Assembly: GCA_951406725.2 (NCBI GenBank)
Contig: OX597818.1
Location: forward strand, 76,756,001-76,820,000
Direction of reading: 5' to 3'
DNA length: 64,000 nucleotides
Source of the DNA: Octopus vulgaris
Lineage: Eukaryota
Part shown: positions 51,968 to 64,000 of the stretch, piece after piece
Layout of the letters: every line of letters begins with the position of its first letter
Numbering within the stretch: position 1 is the stretch's first letter
Position numbers and translations under genes: made by a program
Notes under the pieces: generated by a model
Seen by the model: the letters and a program-made list of their open reading frames with translations, nothing else
What the model was told of the DNA's origin: nothing
Database searches by the model: none

Positions 51968-54900
51968 TAAGCTTTGTTATATCATCTAATGTTCATTAAT
52001 GGTTAAATCTATTTAAATTATTGACTTTACTTGTGATGTAATTGTCACAACACTGAGAATAATTCTGTTCTTAATCCTGGGGATCCTCTTTTGACCTTGT
52101 AGCAATGTATTTGTTGTCATTGTTGTTGTTGTTGTTAACTCAGTCATATGATACATGACATTCTGTACAATAGAGCCATGACTCTCGGCCTTTGACCTAC
52201 CACATACCACATCTACAATACTCTGCAAATGTGTCTGTATGTCCTTGTTACATACTTGCACACAGCCGTAAAACTTCATTTAGTAATAGAAGCTAGTCCA
52301 GATTTTTTTTTCTTCTTTAAGTCAGAAGGGAATGCAATGTCCAGAGATACCTTTCATAGGGTTTCTGAGATTTGTGGAAGGGAGGGAGGAAAGTACCTTC
52401 AAACCAGAGACCTAACTTGAATGCCTACAACTGAAAAGACTCCACTAAAGGTACATGAGGTGTCAGGTGGTAGTGTTAAAGTAGGTAATGGCCTAAGTAG
52501 ACCAAAGTCAGATTTGATATCAGTCCATAAAAACTGGACCAAATACAAGGCATCCAGTTTGATGTTTTCGCAGTTCCACTGTGCCTATATCATTTTTACC
52601 ACCAGGTATCAAGGAAGTCAGCAAACTAGCAAAATCAATAGTGACTGAAATACAGTGACCTTACAGCATTTGTTACAGTTCTCTACATGCCAACCCTGCT
52701 GAACCCATCTTTACCTTGGACCTGTCCAAAGTTGAATAGTAGGATTGATTCTTCTCTTTCTCCTTAGGCTTGCACCAGTAATTTAAATGTTCACTCTTGT
52801 TACATCATATCATAGTGATTCTATTTGGGAATTGCATTAAGGGTACACATGTCTGTGGAATACTCAGCCACATATATTACCATTTTTCTGAGCAGGAATT
52901 TAGTTGGTTCAATAACTGAAAGTGCATTATCGAAACCACCAGAGAATCCATCTCTGTCCATTAGATAGCAATGGTTAGCTATTTTCTGACTACAGAGAAT
53001 GATGTAAAATTAAGTGGAAGTTAAAAGTATCTAAGGCAATGAGGTCCATAAACTTTTTAATTAATTAAAATTACACTCATAATGAAGATAAAAATCATTA
53101 GCATCAATAATAAAGTATTGACATGAATGTTTAACAAATAGTTTCCCAACACATAATTACCAGGGGTGGGTAGTTTAAATTGAACTTACTCTTCTAATAA
53201 AATATATATAAAAGTTGTTTATTAAAATATAAATTTCTCTTTCTACCTGCTGTTGTGTTTATCAATCATCTGGTGTTAAATAAGTACTTGACTAGTCATT
53301 CTTCTGACTAAACTGGCTAGCAATGTAGAATAGTGGTTCTCTACTGAGACTTATATAAATTGTTATAAATTTCCTCCAAAATTATTATCAAACTTGCCTT
53401 TATTCAAAGATATTTCTCTCTCTTTCACCAACATGCTTTTACAATATTGATTTCTGTCACATTGGTTTTAAAAAGGAAGTATATTTGGTAGAGAGCAGGT
53501 AATTGTTATTTCCTATAAAAGACAGACAAGCTTGTAAAATATATTGAAAATATCTCATTTGATTTTATTATATTGAATGTTGTTAAAGCAGCTAACTCAC
53601 CTGGATTAAATCTAGACTCTAATTCAACCAAAAGGAAAGGCAATTATTATAAATACCTGATGTTAGCTTTGGAGTTAGTGAAACAGTATCTATATACAAA
53701 TGTTTTTTTGTTTTGTTTTGTTTTTTTGTTCTCATCTATTTTTAATTATTTGAAGTTTTCCTGTAAGCAAAGAGCTGGTTTCTAACAAAGATACAATGTT
53801 CCGTTGTTGGAATATAGATAACAAAAACAAATTTACATGTTGAACTTTGAGAAAAGTCTTGCATATTATTACCATTATGCTTACAGACTGAATTTGCAAT
53901 GTGCATGTTAGCTGGTTGATTTCTTTTTCTGAAGACCCTAGATTTTCCATATTGTTACAAACATAACCAAGTATTTATGTATGTATCTATCTTTGTATTT
54001 GGCTTTAACTAGTGGCTCTGTGATGCTACTTTGAAGGTCATATTCTAAATATTCAACATTATTCAAGGAAACCAACTATACTAATACAATTAAAATATGA
54101 TTACTGAAACATTTTGTTGTTCTTGTTTTAAATAGATTTTGATCATCTTTTCAAGGCCAATAAACAAAAGGTACCAATCCTGGGCCATGGATTGGTGGAA
54201 CTGTGAGACCATTGGACCAGTTATATTGTAGTATTTGTTCCAGCTCTTTACATTCTGAGTTCAAATCCAACCATGGCCTTCATAGATTACAGACTTAATC
54301 AGTCTCTTAGTTTAAAACCACCACCTGGTATGTTGGATGCCTTTAGTGGAGTCCACTGTGCTGCAAGCATTCAGACCTGGTCTCTGGTTTGAGAATACCA
54401 GCCTCCCTCTCTTCAAACAACCTTGGAGACCCTATAAAGGATCATGAACCTTACAAGACAAAACCCTCAACTAGAAGGGGAGAAGTAGTATTGAGGAGGT
54501 GCAGCTTTGTGTCACTTGAGAGATTAGAGGTATAGAAGGACAGAGATAGGTGTCTTTCTGTAGAGTAGATACATGGATACCCCAGTTGGAATAGAAAGGA
54601 GGGTGAGTCAGAAAGTAAGATAAAGAGAGCAATAGTAGGAGAGATGATGAAGATATGTCTGGACATGCCCTCAAGTAACATTGGGGGGGGGGTGAGAATA
54701 GATGAAGTGATACAGAGGTTAGGACTGAGTGAGTGGGCAGGACTGAGGTGACTGCAGCAAATGATGGGGAGAAATATAGAGGGGGCTTGGAAGCAGGGGT
54801 TGCAGTAGATATGTTAGGGCATTGAGGGTGATAGCAAGTAAGCAAGGGTTAATGATGAAGAACAGTACAGAAAGGAGGTGATTGATGGAGACAGTAGGCA

Positions 54901-55139
54901 GAAGAAGATAATGAGAAATGGAAGTGGTTTGAGGTGGGGAAAGACAGGTAACTGAGAAAACCAGCGGATCTAGTACATACCTATTCTGCTCTCACGTGAT
55001 GAATAAGTGATGGGTGTTAGGGGATGAAATGGGGGTGGGGAAAGGTTGACAAGGCAGACAGGATGGAAGTGGGAGTAGGGCAGAGCCCCTCACTGACAAG
55101 CATACCAAGGTGGTTTTAGGTTATTAGTTCTGCTGTGGT

Positions 55140-55870
55140 AGATGGGTCTTATTGAGTACAGCAAATCACCAGATATCTTGGTCCTTTAGCATCTCCTTCG
55201 TAAGTCTCAGTGTCTTGAGATCAGCCTTAAATACTTTATCCTATGTCTCCCTGGGTTTCCCTCTTCCACAAGTTCCATCCACTTTAAGTGATCACTTTTT
55301 TATGCAACTGTCCTTATCCATCCATATCACATGACAAACAAATGCAGTCTTCTCTCTTGCACACTGCATCTAATTCCTCTTATACCTAACTTTTCTCTCA
55401 ATACAAGCACTCTGACATTGCACATCCAGCAAAGCATACCAGTTTCATGCCTTTCTAGTCTTCACATATCCTCTGCATTCAGGGCCAATGTCTCTCTACC
55501 ATTTTGTATTGCTGTTCATACACAAGCATCATACAATCTCCCTTTCACTCAGAGAGAAAGAGAGAGAGACCTTTGGTTGCCAAACTTTCTCCATTGTACT
55601 TTTATTCTAACAATTAGACTTACAGTACATCCTCCTCCACTGCTAATTAGGTCATCTAGGTAGAAGAAATTATCCACTATCTCTAGAGAGCCTCTGGGGC
55701 ATTTGAGAAAATCAATTTCTCATGTATCTGTAGACTTTATGGTTCCTGTACATCTTCCATATACAAACACTACTTTCTCTGTCAACCTTCCTATTATTCC
55801 ACTGCACCTCTTGTGTGTCTATAGCTTTCATTGGGTACACTGAATGGAATTCCTGCCTATCACACTATGG
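55140..55870 (-). mobile_element. Older degraded copy of the same RTE LINE
   Basis: Collinear nucleotide similarity to 49570-50250, for example cactctgacattgcacatccagc and catcatacaatctccctttcactc. Confidence 0.75.
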
Positions 55871-56410
55871 CTGAATTTGTTTGTATTCTTCAAGAAGGAA
55901 CATGACTTCGTAATTCATATGCTACAAATGACAATGCTACTTGGGACAAGACTTTAGAATTTAAATGGCCAAGTGTTGCAAAAAAGATGAGGAAGCGAAT
56001 GAGATTCTGTTCTTTAAAATTAAAATCATTGTCTAAAAATACAATTTAACACTCCTGTCTGGAAGAGCATATATACTAACATACACATATTTACAGACAT
56101 TCGCACATGTGTGCATACTTACACACACATACCCACATACATAAATGCACGCGCGCGCGCACACACACACACGTTCTAACTTTTATATGTTATTCTTTTT
56201 TAAATCTTAATTAACAAATATATTAGTAAATTTTATTTGTTCATTATGCAGTATATTAGTACATTTTAAATTATTCATTAAGAAACTATAGAGTGTTTAT
56301 TACACCATTGTTCTGCCATAATTACTTCTCAGTTTCTCAAATTCTTCAACTGCATATTTCTTTTTTTATGTATTTATTTATTTTTACTGTTTTTTTTTTT
56401 CTTTCCTTAA

Positions 56411-56599
<189 letters not shown>

Positions 56600-57820
56600 T
56601 AAATGTAATTGAAAATTAACTCTTCGTTAATTCCAGTTATTTGTATGTTCTAACTTACTAGCCTGGTAAGGGACGGAATTAATGAAGTAAAGAAATATGC
56701 AACAGTGTGGAGGGAGCAGTGGTAACATCAGCCAAATGTCATTGTCTACTGTGTTAATGAGTTCATGGAGGAGGGGTAGAAGCTTGAAAGCATTCTTCTT
56801 TTATTCCTTCAGTCATTTGACTGCAGCCATGCTGGAGCACTGCCTTAAAGGGCTTTAGTCAAAGAAATCAACCCCAGAACTTATTCTTTGTAAGTCTAGT
56901 AATTATTCTATTGGTCTTTTTTGCCGAACCACTAATTTACAGAGACATAAACACACCAGCATTGGTTGGCAAGCAATTGTGGGAGGACAAACACATGGCC
57001 TTGTGGTTAAGAAGTTTGTTTCAGAACTGCATAGTTTAGGGTTCGTTACCACTGTATGGTACTATCTTCTTCTATGGCTGCTGGTTGAGCAATGCCCTAT
57101 CAGTGAAATTGGTAGGTAGAACCTATACAGAAACCTGTCGTGGCTTCCCTTTGTTGTGATGTATGCATGCTAGTTAAAGACAGTCACCATCCATACAAAT
57201 AGTGTCATTGTTTGTAATCAATTATGAGAACTGATCAAAACCATTGAGCTGTTTATTGTTTGAAGGACTGGGGAAAATATTTCCTTGCATTGACACAGGG
57301 AGAATTGGTAACTGAAAGAACATTCAGTACAGAAAATCTTCCTGCACAAATTTCCTCAAACCCAATACAGAAAAGGGGACATTAAAATGATGATGGTGTT
57401 GTTGTTGATAATGATAGTGCCAAGATTAGCAAAGCTTAGATGTATAACATGGTTTAGGGCACAACTTCACTGTTAGGGTGGGTGTGTGTGTGTGTTTCTT
57501 TATGTCTGTTACATGTCTCAGTATGTACAGATGCAAAAATGAGTCTATGGTGTGTGTGTGTGTGTTTTTCTTTCCTCCTTTCTTCCCTTTTCTTTCTTTC
57601 TTTCTTTCGGCTTGATAAAATGTATCCACTATACTCTGAAAACTTGTTGGAATTAGGAAGTGCATCCAGCTGTAGGAACCAACCTAAAATAGAAGTTTTG
57701 CATGAGTTGTTTTTGTCTGATCTGTGTAGGAGTAATTAGCCATCCAGCCCATACCAACATGGAAAGTGGGTGTAAAACAATGAGGAGATCACAGCAATAA
57801 AATATATGCATGTATAATAC

Positions 57821-57856
<36 letters not shown>

Positions 57857-58260
57857 TTATTAATTATATTTATATATACATGCATATATACATACATATA
57901 TGTGTATACACACACACACATACATATATATTCGCACACACACAATGCTATCAATGCAATCTAGTATAGCTCTCTCCTACAACCATTAACCTTTGCTTCT
58001 AATCAAAACGCTTTTAACTTTACAGTCACTGTGCCTCTTTATTCATTTGAAAATTTATGAAAATTTTTTTCTTTTGCTGTGATTTTGTCTAAGTTCTTTG
58101 ATATGATTTTGTTCTCATTTTGTCATATTTTCTATCTAATATTTCTTTGGGGAATTTTTTCAAAAGCTCCACTTTAGTTTGTTTGTTTGTTTTTTTTTTT
58201 GTTTTTTTTTTTGTCTGATTTATTTTAATATTTTCCTTCTTTTTTGTTTTCTTTTTGTAG

Positions 58261-58395
<135 letters not shown>

Positions 58396-58427
58396 TAACA
58401 TTTATTGCTCTCTTCTTCTTCTATTTC

Positions 58428-58488
<61 letters not shown>

Positions 58489-59684
58489 TGAGAACGAACA
58501 ATAGACCTCAATTATGGCATGATGCAAGGTCTTGCTAAAAATATATACAATAAACAAACAAATGTCGACTTACATTCTACATCCATTTGTTCAAGAAACA
58601 CATTCTTTGCATCTCACTTTTGAAACAATTACATCTTACTGAAGTTTTTTTTCTTTTTTTTTTCATCACCACATTTGAAAATAAAATCTTGCTGTCATTA
58701 TTGCCGCCACTAAAATAAGTCCCTATCAAAATATTGTATTCAACTTTTTTACAAAAGTCCTACATACATATTTGTTATTTTTATTATATTTATTTATTTA
58801 TTTCACATGAATAATGCTGTACCCCAAATATTTGGTACTGTCCCCACCACTACAATTCTATAACTGGCTCACCAGTCCTCAGTCAAACCATCCAACCCAT
58901 GCCAGCATGGAAAGCAGACATTAAACAATGATGATGTGTGTGCGTGTGTATATAATGCTCAACTTGTCCAGTGGTTCTTAAACTGACAAGTGCCATTCCT
59001 CTCTCACCCAACCAAATATTACTGAAATTTGTGTTTCTGCGTTCACCCCCTCGCTTTTGTTTCTTAGCTAGAAGACAAAATATAGACTCTGTTCATCCAG
59101 GCACAGACATAGCTGTGTAGTTATGAAGCTTGTTTCCCAACCATATTGACTCAGGTTCAAGCCCACTATATGGCATCTAGGGCAAGTGTCTTCTACTATA
59201 CCCTCATGCCAACCAAAGCCTTGTGAGTGGACATGGTATATCTATACATATATGCATATATATAGACATACACACATACACTCACACTTGTGGCTACTGT
59301 CACAATATAGGATTTTCTTTACTATCCAAAATAGAAGTACTTATTCCATTGTTTCTATAATGTTAGTACATTTACATGACGTTTGTTTTAAAGCTATTTG
59401 AGATCCAATCATTCAACTAGTTCTATTTTTTCCCTCCATTTCTTGTAATTTTTCTAACAATTCATTTATATTAAAATATTTTGCCCTTCAGAGCTGAAGT
59501 TGTTTTAATTTCTTCATTTTTGGTTCTAGAGAAATCAACTTTCTTGACATTCAAAACTCTATTATTCAGTTTTGAAATTATTCAACAAAATATAGAAAAA
59601 ATTAATTCTAACTTTTAAGTTTGTGCAAAATATGACCTTTTTCATTGTTAAAGAAGTGATGTGTAAGTAAAATGAAATAAATAT

Positions 59685-60150
59685 CATCATCATCATCATC
59701 ACCATTGTTTAACATCTATTTTCCATGCTGGTATGGGTTGGACGGTTTGATAGGAGCTGACAAGCTGGAAAACTGTCTAGGTTCCAATTGTCTGTTTGGC
59801 ATGGTTTCTATGGCTGGATGCCCTTCCTAATACCAACCACTTTGCAGAGTGTGCTGGGTGCTTTTATGTAGCACTGGCATTAGTGCATCCTACCTGGTAC
59901 TGGCATGAGTGTATTTTATGTGGCACCAGCATGAGTGCATTTAAATGGCACCAGCAGCTGCAAATCAAAGAGCTCTCAGCCGAGAGTGCAGCAAATCACC
60001 AGAGGTCTTGGTCTCTTTTCATCTCCTTCAGTGAAGCCCAGCCTCTGAAGATCCTTTATCACCATTTCATCCCATGTCTTCATCCATCTATCCCTTCCAC
60101 AGGTTCCCTCCACAATTAGAGATCAGCATTTTATGCAGCTGTCCTCATCC
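59685..60150 (-). mobile_element. RTE LINE 3' end
   Basis: (CAT)n tail, then ttccatgctggtatgggttggacgg, ggatgcccttcctaa and the ORF-end similarity gcagctgtcctcatcc. Confidence 0.7.
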
Positions 60151-61171
60151 AAGACAGAAATGAAAAAGTGATAGTGGCCCTGGATCTTGCCTTTTACTTG
60201 TTTTAGTTATTGGACTATAGCCATGTTGTGGCACTGCCTTGAAGGGCTTAACTGAACAATTAAACCAGAGTAGTTTATTTTTTTAAGCTTGATACTTAAA
60301 TCTATTGTATCATTTTTAGCAAACCACTAAGTTATGAGGATGTAAACAAACCAATACCAGTTGTCAAGCAGTTTTGAGATGGACATGTTCACATTTACCA
60401 CCATCCTATATATATATATATATATATATATAATATGTAGATAGGGTAAAAATCCAAGCTGCCTCCTCTTAAAGCACATTTGTCTATTCCAGCACTCCAA
60501 AGTCGTATGTAGATGTTATATATGTATGAGGTATTCATAAGAGTTGAAAATTTTGAAAAATATGTTATGCAGAGTAATTATATATCAAAACAGGATACTG
60601 GAAAAAATTGTTTGATTCTCAGTCTGATGGATTTCTTATAGATGTTTTACATGTTTTTCTTACATGTACAATTTTTTAACTCCTATTAGCAAATGAAACA
60701 TGCGTAATGGTGACTAAATAATACCAGAAATGTTTCCCAATCTTCTATTTTGATATACACACACACACACATAGTGCGCTTCCACAATTTCTGTCATGTT
60801 TGCCTTATTCACTGAAGGCTTTGGGTCATTCTAGGGTTATAGTACAAGACACTTGCCCAAAGTGTTGCATAGTACGACTGAACTCAAAACTACATGGTTC
60901 AAAAGTGACTGTCTTAACCACACAACTATGCATGCCCTTCTGTGTGCATAAAGTGTTTAGGAGATTATTCAACCCCAAACATAACCCTGCAAACTTAATG
61001 TCATGTAAACTAAGGGACTGATGTATCTTACATTGTAATTTTATCTTGTTTTATATATTCTTACCATCAGACTCTTTACTAGCAACATGTCTGTCACCAT
61101 TCAGTAACCATAATTCATTTCTCTCATTTATCTCTTCTCTGATTTGTCTGTCTTTGTCATACTTAATACAG

Positions 61172-61404
61172 AATGTGAGAACTTGATCGGCCACATGTTA
61201 GTAGTTGATCCGGTCAAACGGATATCGATAGAACAAGTGATCAATCACAAATGGATGAAGATCGGCGGCCCCGACAAAGTGTTTGAGCAGCTTATCTCAA
61301 ATTGTAATGGTTCGTCCGAACTGATCCAGGAGACCAATCATCTGAATGAGCAGGTACTCAACTACATGGAGAGCTTCAAACTGGACCGAGAACGAACTGT
61401 TGAG
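61172..61404 (+). CDS. SIK3: SIK3-like exon (kinase end, linker, start of UBA)
   Basis: Bounded by atacag| and |gtgaac, 233 nt. Reads (E)CENLIGHMLVVDPVKRISIEQVINHKWM...LNEQVLNYMESFKLDRERTVE and stays in frame with both neighbouring exons. Confidence 0.93.
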
Positions 61405-61895
61405 GTGAACATTCATAAATATTATTTTGCTATGTCTTTTGAAATTTTTATGGATATATTTATTTTTGTTTGTTTGTTCTTTTCTCTTTTTAATAGAGCT
61501 TCTACGCTCTTTTATTTGCATGTTTATGTGTGTGTGTGTGTGTGTGTGTGTATGAAGATGTGTGACCTTGTAGTTAAGGTGTTGGGGTCATAATTATAAA
61601 GTCATAGGTTAAATTTCTGGCACAGGGCTGTGCAATTTATCTATGAGCCAAGCACTCCATTTCACATTGCCCCAGTCCACTCAGCTGAAAGAGAGTCCCA
61701 GCCCAGTGTGCCCTCCCTCTCTCTCTCTCTCTCTCAGTTTGAAACTTCAAGTTCATCATAGCTCAAAACGTTGCTTACTTTTTACTCAACCTGATATATT
61801 GAGAAAGCATTGGACAAAAAGATAAAAGACAACACAGGAGGGACAAGTTTTAATAAATGTTGTATTAGTTTAATACTTAAAAAAGAAAGGAAAGA

Positions 61896-61932
61896 ATCTA
61901 GGTGTTTCAGAGATTAGTCCTTCATCAGAAGA
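61896..61932 (-). ncRNA. Degenerate minimal hammerhead motif
   Basis: Reverse complement reads ctt-CTGATGA-a-gga-ctaatc-tct-GAAA-cacc-TA-ga. The core is intact but the stems are weak. Confidence 0.35.
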
Positions 61933-62391
61933 AAAGTATAGTAGAGAAGTAAAGGAGAAGTGTGAAAGAGAAAAAATGGTTGAGAAGAGAAGTGTGTTTG
62001 CTTCATAGATTTGTTAGTTTGGTTTTTCAGTCTGGCAGGGTTAGATGAGTATATATTATTGAGGCAATGTTGCCCTTTCTGTTGCTAACCCTTACCTGTC
62101 TCTCAAGTAAGGGATCTCTTATTTCACATGACTTTGAAAGTGTAGAGCCAAGGAAATAACACTGATTAATGCAGAGCCAAGAGGGCAAAGTGGAAATAAC
62201 AAGAGTAGAGAGATGAGTGGGTTAGGGTTGCCTGAGTGGTGGATGTTTGAGACAGTCCAGCTCCAAGGAACAGAAACCATTTTAGAAGCAATAGAAAAGG
62301 CAGAAAAAGACAAGACAGCATACCTGTGAACAGGAGGCTGGAGTATAAGCACTGCTCCAAGGATAATCTTATATTGCTCCCTACTGGATAC

Positions 62392-62702
62392 GCAGGCGTG
62401 GCTTTGTAGCAAGAAACTTGCTTCCCAGCCACATGATTCCGGGTTCAATCCCACTGCATGGCACCTTGGGCAAGCGTTTTCTACTATAGCCATAACCTTG
62501 TGACCAGACCATAACCTTGTGAGTGGATTTGGTAGACAGAAACTGGAAGAAGCCCGTCATATATATATATATATATATATATATAATGCCATCTACCATC
62601 TTCTACCAGACAAATATATGTGTGTGTGTGTGTGTGTGTATGTATATTTGTGTATGTATGTATATGTGTGTATGTATATATATGTGTGTATATATATGTG
62701 TA

Positions 62703-62739
<37 letters not shown>

Positions 62740-62950
62740 TCATGTGTGTGTCTGTTTATTCCCCACCATCACTTGACAACCGATGTTAGTATGTTTACAT
62801 CCCCGTAACTTAGCAGTTTGGTAAAAGAGATCAATAAAATGATTACTAAGCTTACAAAGAATAACTCCTTGGGTCGATTTCTTCGACTAAGATATCTTTT
62901 AAGGCAGTGCTCCAGCATGGCCACAGTCAACTGACTGAAACAAGTAGAAG
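62392..62950 (+). mobile_element. tRNA-derived SINE family A, near full length
   Basis: A/B-box-like head (ggcgtggctttgtagcaag...gggttcaatccc), body ggcaccttgggcaag...gtgagtggatttggtagacagaaactg, an internal microsatellite and tail ...ccagcatggccacagtcaactgactgaaacaagta. Many partial copies occur across the window. Confidence 0.85.
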
Positions 62951-63389
62951 AGTAATATGGCCTCATAATACAAATATGTCATAGATTTCTTTTGAATAAA
63001 TCATTCCTGGCCCTTGCAAAGAAAATCCTTCTCTCAGGATCTGGTCCCTTTTGTTATAGAGGCCAGAGTAATATCTCTGAAGAATTTTCTTATTGTTTCT
63101 AATGTATTGCAAGAAGTATAAACTAGTCTCAGCTCCTGCTTCAGCACTGTAAAGGGTAAGAAAAAGAGTATTGTATGATTTGGTTTCTGTTAGAAGGTGT
63201 CAGAAAAACTTAGTCGTGGGTTCAGATAAACCATCATCCTTATGATAATCACTATTATCATCATCATCATTATTTAGCTGTTCAGAGTATAAGATGATGC
63301 ACAACGAATTGTACATATGTTAAGTGTTTTCCTTCACCAACATTTGAAATGTTTCATGTTGATTTTACCTTTGTCCCTCATCATTCCAG

Positions 63390-63564
63390 GCTGTGAAAAC
63401 TGAAGCATATGACCACCATAGTGCCATCTACCATCTTCTACTAGACAAATGTAAACGACACCCAAAGACTTTAACCAATAAATTGTCTAATCCAGACACT
63501 CTTGGTTCCAGTTTACCTGTTGCTACTCGAACTGAGCGACGTTCAAGTATCACAACTGGCGTTG
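63390..63564 (+). CDS. SIK3: SIK3-like exon (UBA end, PKA-type RRSS site)
   Basis: Bounded by ttccag| and |gtaagt, 175 nt. Reads AVKTEAYDHHSAIYHLLLDK...ERRSSITTGV; AYDHxSAIY is the SIK3-type UBA ending. The gene continues past the window. Confidence 0.92.
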
Positions 63565-63932
63565 GTAAGTTTCAGTAAATCAATCTCTCTCTCTCTCTCT
63601 CTCTGTCTCACACACACACATATATTGATGGTAGTCTCTCATAGTCCGAGAAAGACTTCTGCAATTTCTTACTGAACAACCTGCACTGATGATTTGTTTA
63701 TAGTGATCAAATATTTGTGCTGCACATTTGTTCAATATCTCCATTAAATCAGCATTGCATGAACTGGTACAGTGTGTGTTACATGCCAGATGTTGAAGTG
63801 ATCACAGAACAACATCAGTTTAGCTCAAGAACAAAACACCACCTGATCCAAGAACTGAAACCACAATTTTGCGGTCATGAGTGCAACACCAAAACCACTA
63901 GGGCCATGTACCCTCACAAAATATATATATAA

Positions 63933-63969
<37 letters not shown>

Positions 63970-64000
63970 ATCTTTGAAGGTGATAGATATAGAGTATTAA

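Noticed and set aside
62490-62522. ccataaccttgtga duplicated within the SINE
   Set aside because: A simple local slippage duplication.

Overview
AT-rich, microsatellite-dense eukaryotic genomic DNA. The repeat families resemble those of coleoid cephalopods, most likely Octopus; this is an inference from repeat recognition, not a search. The only host gene I can support is a + strand salt-inducible kinase (SIK3-like, AMPK-related). Six GT-AG exons between 33388 and 63564 splice in frame (883 nt) and give kinase subdomains IV-XI, the UBA domain and an RRSS PKA-type site. The 5' exons and the C-terminus were not found in the window, so the first 33 kb is probably one large intron. The rest is transposon debris: a full-length but disrupted mariner inserted in a 49-bp minisatellite, a Penelope-like RT/GIY-YIG fragment, RTE-clade LINE fragments, three tRNA-derived SINE families and several MITEs. 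Most listed ORFs are microsatellite or repeat artefacts. Three observations stand out. (1) A dispersed set of short repeats carries minimal type-I hammerhead-ribozyme motifs; the best is at 38517-38562, and some occur in fold-back arrangements. (2) Two short templated insertions sit at microsatellites and were copied from about 1 kb away, one of them from the SIK coding exon. (3) Many intronic inverted repeats could form dsRNA.
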